NCBI GenBank assembly: GCA_964016885.1
Contig: OZ024743.1
Span: 132,308,001-132,372,000, forward strand
Direction: 5' to 3'
Length of the DNA: 64,000 nt
DNA from: Eledone cirrhosa
Lineage: Eukaryota
Shown: positions 59,801 through 64,000 of the stretch, piece after piece
Position numbering within the stretch: position 1 is the first letter of the stretch
Layout of the letters: each line of letters opens with the position of its first letter
Made by a program: the position numbers and the translations under genes
Notes under the pieces: model-generated
Told to the model about the DNA's origin: nothing
Database searches by the model: none
What the model saw: the letters and a program-made list of their open reading frames with translations, nothing else

Positions 59801-62800
59801 TTGGTGCTTGGTGCTTGGTGTTTGGTGCTTGCTGCTTGGTGCTTGGTGTTTGGTGCTTGGTGCTTGGTGATTATTTTTTGGTGATAGGTGCTTGGGGTTT
59901 GGTGTTTGGTGCTTGGTGTTTGGTGCTTGGTGCTTGCTGTTTGATGTTTGGTGTTTGGTTCTTGGTGCTTGGTGTTTGGTGTTTTGTGTTTGGTTCTTGG
60001 TGCTTGGTGCTTGGTGTTTGGTGTTTGGTGTTTGGTGTTTGGTGTTTGCTGTTTGGTGCTTGGTGCTTGGTGTTTGGTGTTTTGTGTTTGGTGCTTGGTG
60101 CTTGGTGTTTGGTGCTTGGAGCTTGGTGCTGGGTGTTTGGTGCTTGGTGCTTGGTGCTTGGTCTTTGGTGCTTGGGGTTTGGTGTTTGGTGCTTGGTGCT
60201 TGGTGTTTGGTGCTTGGTGCTTGGTGCTTGGTGCTTGGTGTCTGGTGCTTGCTGCTTGGTGCTTGGTGTTTGGTGCTTGGTGCTTGGTGATTAGTTTTTG
60301 GTGATAGGTGCTTGGTGCTTGGTGCTTGGTGCTTGGTGCTTGGTGCCTGGTGCTTGTTGTTTGGTGTTTGGTGCTTAGTGCTTGGTGTTTGGTGTTTGGT
60401 GCATGGTGCTTGGTGATTGGTGCTTGGTGCCTGGTGCTTGGTGTTTGGTGCTTTTTGTTTGGTGTTTGGTGCTTGGTCTTTGATGCTTGGGGTTTGGTGT
60501 TTGGTGCTTGGTGCTTGGTGTTTGATGCTTGGTGCTTGGTGCTTGGTGTTTGCTGTTTGGTGTTTGGTGTTTGGTGCTTGCTGTTTGGTGCTTGGTGCTT
60601 GGTGTTTGGTGCTTGGTGTTTGGTGCTTGGTGATTAGTGTTTGGTGATTGGTGCTTGGGGTTTGGTGTTTGGTGCTTGGTGTTTGGTGCTTGGGGCTTGC
60701 TGTTTGGTGTTTGGTGTTTGGTTCTTGGTGCTTGGTGTTTGGTGTCTGGTGTTTGGTGCTTGGTGCTTGGTGCTTGGTGTTTGGTGCTTGGTGCTTGGTG
60801 CTTGGTGTTTGGTGCTGCGTGCTTGGTGTTTGGCGTTTGGTGCTTGGTGCCTGGTGCTTGTTGTTTGGTGTTTGGTGCATAGTGCTTGGTGTTTGGTGCT
60901 TGGTGCTTGGTGCTTGGTGGCTGGTGTTTGGTGCTTGGTGTTTGGTGTTTTGTGCTTGGTGCTTGGTGCCTGGATTTTCGTGCTTGGTGCTTGGTGCTTG
61001 GTGTTTGGTGTTTGGTGCTTGGCGTTTGGTGTTTGGTACTTGGTGCTTGGTGCTTGGTGCTTGGTGTTTGGTGCTTGGTGCTTGGTGCTTGGTGTTTGAT
61101 GCTGCGTGCTTGGTGTTTGGTGTTTGGTGCTTGGTGCTTGGTGTTTGGTGTTTGGTGCTTGGTGCCTGGGGCTTGTTGTTTGGGGTTTGGTGCTTGGTGC
61201 TTCGTGTATGGTGTTTGGTGCTTGGTGCTTGGTATCTGGTGTTTGGTGCTTGGTGTTTGGTGTTTGGTGCTTGGTGCTTGGTGCTTGGTGTTTGGTGTTT
61301 GGTGCTTGGTGCTTGGTGTTTGGTGCTTGGTGTTTGGTGTTTGGTGTTTGATGCTTGGTGTTTGCTGCTTGGTGCTTGGTGCTTGGTGTTTTGTGTTTGG
61401 TGCTTGGTGTTGGTGCCTGGTACTTGGTGCTTGGTGCTTGTTGTTTGGTGCTTGGTGCTTGGTGACTAGTGTTTGGTGCTTGGTGCTTGCAGTTTGGTGT
61501 TTGGTGTGGGGTTTGGTGTTTGGTGCATGGTGCTTGGTGTTTTGTGTTTGGTGTTTGGTGCTTGGTGCTTGGTGTTTGGGTTTTGGTGCTTGGTGCTTGG
61601 TGTTTGGTGTTTGGTGCTTGGTGTTTGGTGTTTGGTGCTTGGTGTTTGGTGTTTGGTGCTTGGTGCTTGGTGTTTGGTGTTTGATGCTTGGTGTTTGATG
61701 CTTGTTGCTTGGTGCTTGGTGTTTTGTATTTGGTGTTTGGTGCTTGGTGTATGTACTTGGTGCTTGGTGCTTGGTGTTTGGTGCTTGGTCCTTGGTGTTT
61801 GGTGATTGGTGCTTGGTGCTTGGTGTTTGGTGCTTGGTGCTTGGTGTTTGGTACTTGGTGCTTGGTGTTTGGTGTTTGGTGCTTGGTGTTTGGTGCTTGG
61901 TGCTTGGTGCTTGGTGTTAAGTGTTTGGTGCTTGGTGCTTGGTGTTTGGTGCATGGTGCTTGGTGATTGGTGCTTGGTGCCTGGTGCTTGGTGTTTGGTG
62001 CTTGGTGTTTGGTGCATGGTGTTTGGTGCTTGGTGTTCGGTGCTTTGTGCTTGGTACTTGGTGCTTGGTGTTTGGTGCTTGGTGCTTGGTGCTTGGTGTT
62101 TGGCTTTTGCTGTTTGCTGTTTGGTGTTTGGTGTTTGGTGTTTGGTGTTTGGTGCTTGCTGTTTGGTGTTTGGTGCTTGGTGCTTGGTGCTGGGTGTTTG
62201 GTGCTTGGTGCTTGGTGCTTGGTGCTTGGTCTTTGGTGCTTGGGGTTTGGTGTTTGGGGCTTGGTGCTTGGTGTTTGGTGCTTGGTGCTTGGTGCTTGGT
62301 GCTTGGTGCTTGGTGCTTGCTGCTTGGTGCTTGGCGTTTGGTGCTTGGTGCTTGGTGATTATTTTTTGGTGATAGGTGCTTGGGGTTTGGTGTTTGGTGC
62401 TTGGTGTTTGGTGCTTGGTGCTTGCTGTTTGATGTTTGGTGTTTGGTTCTTGGTGCTTGGTGTTTGGTGTTTTGTGTTTGGTTCTTGGTGCTTGGTGCTT
62501 GGTGTTTGGTGTTTGGTGTTTGGTGTTTGGTGTTTGGAGCTTGCTGTTTGGTGCTTGGTGCTTGGTGTTTGGTGTTTTGTGTTTGGTGCTTGGTGCTTGG
62601 TGTTTGGTGCTTGGTGCTTGGTGCTGGGTGTTTGTTGCTTGGTGCTTGGTGCTTGGTGCTTGGTCTTTGGTGCTTGGGGTTTGGTGTTTGGTGCTTGGTG
62701 CTTGGTGTTTGGTGCTGGGTGCTTGGTGCTTGGTGCTTGGTGTCTGGTGCTTGCTGCTTGGTGCTTGGTGTTTGGTGCTTGGTGCTTGGTGATTAGTTTT

Positions 62801-63390
62801 TGGTGATAGGTGCTTGGTGCTTGGTGTTTGGTGCTTGGTGCTTGGTGCCTGGTGCTTGTTGTTTGGTGTTTGGTGCTTAGTGCTTGGTGTTTGGTGTTTG
62901 GTGCATGGTGCTTGGTGATTGGTGCTTGGTGCCTGGTGCTTGGTGTTTGGTGCTTGGTGTTTGGTGCATGGTGTTTGGTGCTTGGTGTTCGGTGCTTTGT
63001 GCTTGGTGCTTGGTGCTTGATGTTTGGTCCTTGGTGCTAGGTGTTTGGTGTTTTGTGCTTGGTGCTTGGTGCTTGGTGTTTGGTGCTTGGTGCTTGGTGC
63101 TTGGTGTTTGGCATTTGCTGTTTGCTGTTTGGTGTTTGGTGTTTGGTGTTTGGTGTTTGGTGCTTGCTGTTTGGTGCTTGGTGCTTGGTGTTTGGTGTTT
63201 TGTGTTTGGTGCTTGGTGCTTGGTGTTTGGTGCTTGGTGCTTGGTGCTGGGTGTTTGGTGTTTGGTGCTTGGTGCTTGGTGCTTGGTCTTTGGTGCTTGG
63301 GGTTTGGTGTTTGGTGCTTGGTGCTTGGTGTTTGGTGCTTGGTGCTTGGTGCTTGGTGCTTGGTGTTTGGTGCTTGCTGCTTGGTGCTTG
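56810..63390 (+). repeat. Further copy of the right-domain higher-order block (~17.6 kb from the 39.2-45.4-kb copy; ~7.47 kb from the 51.5-55.9-kb copy)
   Basis: 39204/56844, 40542/58168, 41661/59287, 43850/61469 and 45191/62810 match. 54001/61469 and 55342/62810 are offset 7468. ACTAGT occurs at 61465. Confidence 0.88.
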
Positions 63391-63680
63391 GTGTTTGGTG
63401 TTTGGTGTTTGGTGTTTGGTGTTTGGTGTTTGGTGCTTGCTGTTTGGTGCTTGGTGCTTGGTGTTTGGTGTTTTGTGTTTGGTGCTTGGTGCTTGGTGTT
63501 TGGTGCTTGGTGCTTGGTGCTGGGTGTTTGGTGCTTGGTGCTTGGTGCTTGGTGCTTGGTCTTTGGTGCTTGGGGTTTGGTGTTTGGTGCTTGGTGCTTG
63601 GTGTTTGGTGCTTGGTGCTTGGTGCTTGGTGCTTGGTGTTTGGTGCTTGCTGCTTGGTGCTTGGTGTTTGGTGCTTGGTG
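63125..63680 (+). repeat. 273-bp (39-monomer) local tandem duplication
   Basis: The GCTGGGTG marker is at 63246 and 63519. ORF 63024..63692 is 273 bp longer than its paralog 55556..55951. Confidence 0.85.
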
Positions 63681-64000
63681 CTTGGTGATTAGTTTTTGGT
63701 GATAGGTGCTTGGTGCTTGGTGCTTGGTGCTTGGTGCTTGGTGCCTGGTGCTTGTTGTTTGGTGTTTGGTGCTTGGTGTTTGGTGCTTGGTACTTGGTGC
63801 TTGGTGCTTGGTGCTTGGTGTTTGGTGCTTGGTGCTTGGTGTTTGGTGTTTGGTGCTTGGTGCTTGGTATCTGGTGTTTGGTGCTTGGTATTTGGTGTTT
63901 GGTGCTTGGTGCTTGGTGTTTGGTGCTTGGTGGTTGGTGTTTGGTCTTTGATGCTCGGTGTTTGCTGCTTGGTGCTTGGTGCCTGGTGCTTGGTGCTTGG

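Larger units (their letters stand above)
1..64000 (+). repeat. Heptameric tandem satellite (TTGGTGY)n, ~9,100 monomers, running off both window edges
   Basis: Sequence parses as TTGGTGC/TTGGTGT units with scattered substitutions from the first to the last line. The G/T-rich strand is always +, and no non-repeat insert was seen. All six frames give 7-aa periodic peptides. Confidence 0.99.
34500..64000 (+). repeat. Right satellite sub-domain (variant family R) built from ~2.1-2.2-kb higher-order units
   Basis: Markers seen only here: GCTTGCAGTTT (12 copies, ~35790-61490), GATTATTTTTTGGTGATAGG (12 copies, ~37277-62357) and GATTAGTTTTTGGTGATAGG (14 copies, ~37697-63687). Unit offsets from matching ORF entries: 39549->41661 (2112), 40871->43018 (2147), 41661->43850 (2189), 57140->59287 (2147). 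Confidence 0.85.

Noticed and set aside
58235-60880. Long - strand ORFs (881 aa here; also 35910..38288, 8439..10568, 29236..31176) of KHQAPST/KHQTPNT heptads, superficially mucin- or Pol II CTD-like
   Set aside because: Same artefact on the other strand. Length depends only on spacing of rare TTA/CTA/TCA variants, there is no unique N- or C-terminus or signal peptide, and paralogous copies differ in frame and stop position. The heptad is not YSPTSPS.
18-63951. Hundreds of + strand ORFs encoding hydrophobic LVLGAWC/LVFGVWC repeats resembling membrane proteins
   Set aside because: The consensus 7-mer has no stop codon, so all three frames give the same 7-aa periodic peptide. ORFs overlap in all frames, mostly begin at TTG/GTG within the repeat, end at random variant monomers and contain no domain.
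1-64000. CRISPR array or other repeat-spacer system
   Set aside because: There are no unique spacers, no 23-50-bp direct repeat separated by non-repeat DNA, no leader and no cas genes.
1-64000. Canonical telomere tract (TTAGGG, TTTAGGG, TTAGG, yeast TG1-3)
   Set aside because: The monomer does not match. TTAGG appears only as isolated variants (e.g. ~689, 4287) and never in tandem.
1-64000. E. coli Chi (GCTGGTGG) cluster or cyanobacterial STRR repeat
   Set aside because: GCTTGGTG only resembles Chi and I saw no exact octamer. STRR heptamers have different consensus sequences and form short arrays within gene-dense DNA, unlike this gene-free 64-kb tract.
1-64000. Pure sequencing or amplification artefact (concatemer or basecaller stutter)
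   Set aside because: Variants are shared in ordered, nested patterns among blocks of many lengths and register arithmetic is consistent, which random error or a single rolling-circle template would not produce. Exact copy number could still be misassembled.
1-64000. Inverted repeats, hairpins, terminators, tRNA/rRNA, or TE termini
   Set aside because: No segment switches to the C/A-rich orientation, so long Watson-Crick stems cannot form. No non-satellite sequence exists to host such elements.
1-64000. Antigenic-variation or diversity-generating cassette array
   Set aside because: There is no expressed locus, recombinase or reverse transcriptase, and no preferred reading frame. Variation is adequately explained by point mutation plus duplication.

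Overview
The whole 64-kb window is one uninterrupted, single-orientation tandem array of a 7-bp monomer, consensus TTGGTGY (TTGGTGC and TTGGTGT, both very common and interspersed; reverse complement RCACCAA), about 9,100 copies (64,000/7). I found no credible protein-coding gene, RNA gene, transposon, CRISPR array or unique sequence. All ORFs in the track are by-products of translating the 7-mer (LVLGAWC/LVFGVWC on +, KHQAPST/KHQTPNT on -). The information lies in the variant monomers, which act as markers for nested higher-order duplications. A left domain (~1-34.5 kb) has a landmark block recurring every ~9.7 kb and internal 1,197- and 2,142-bp duplications. A more diverged mosaic segment lies at ~21-28.8 kb. 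A right domain (~34.5-64 kb) is built from ~2.1-2.2-kb units re-amplified at offsets of 5,796, 4,355 and ~7,470 bp. This looks like eukaryotic-type satellite DNA (centromeric/pericentromeric, or derived from a telomere-like repeat), but neither the organism nor the function can be determined from the sequence alone. Offsets were read by eye from marker motifs and identical ORF-track entries, so block boundaries are approximate.
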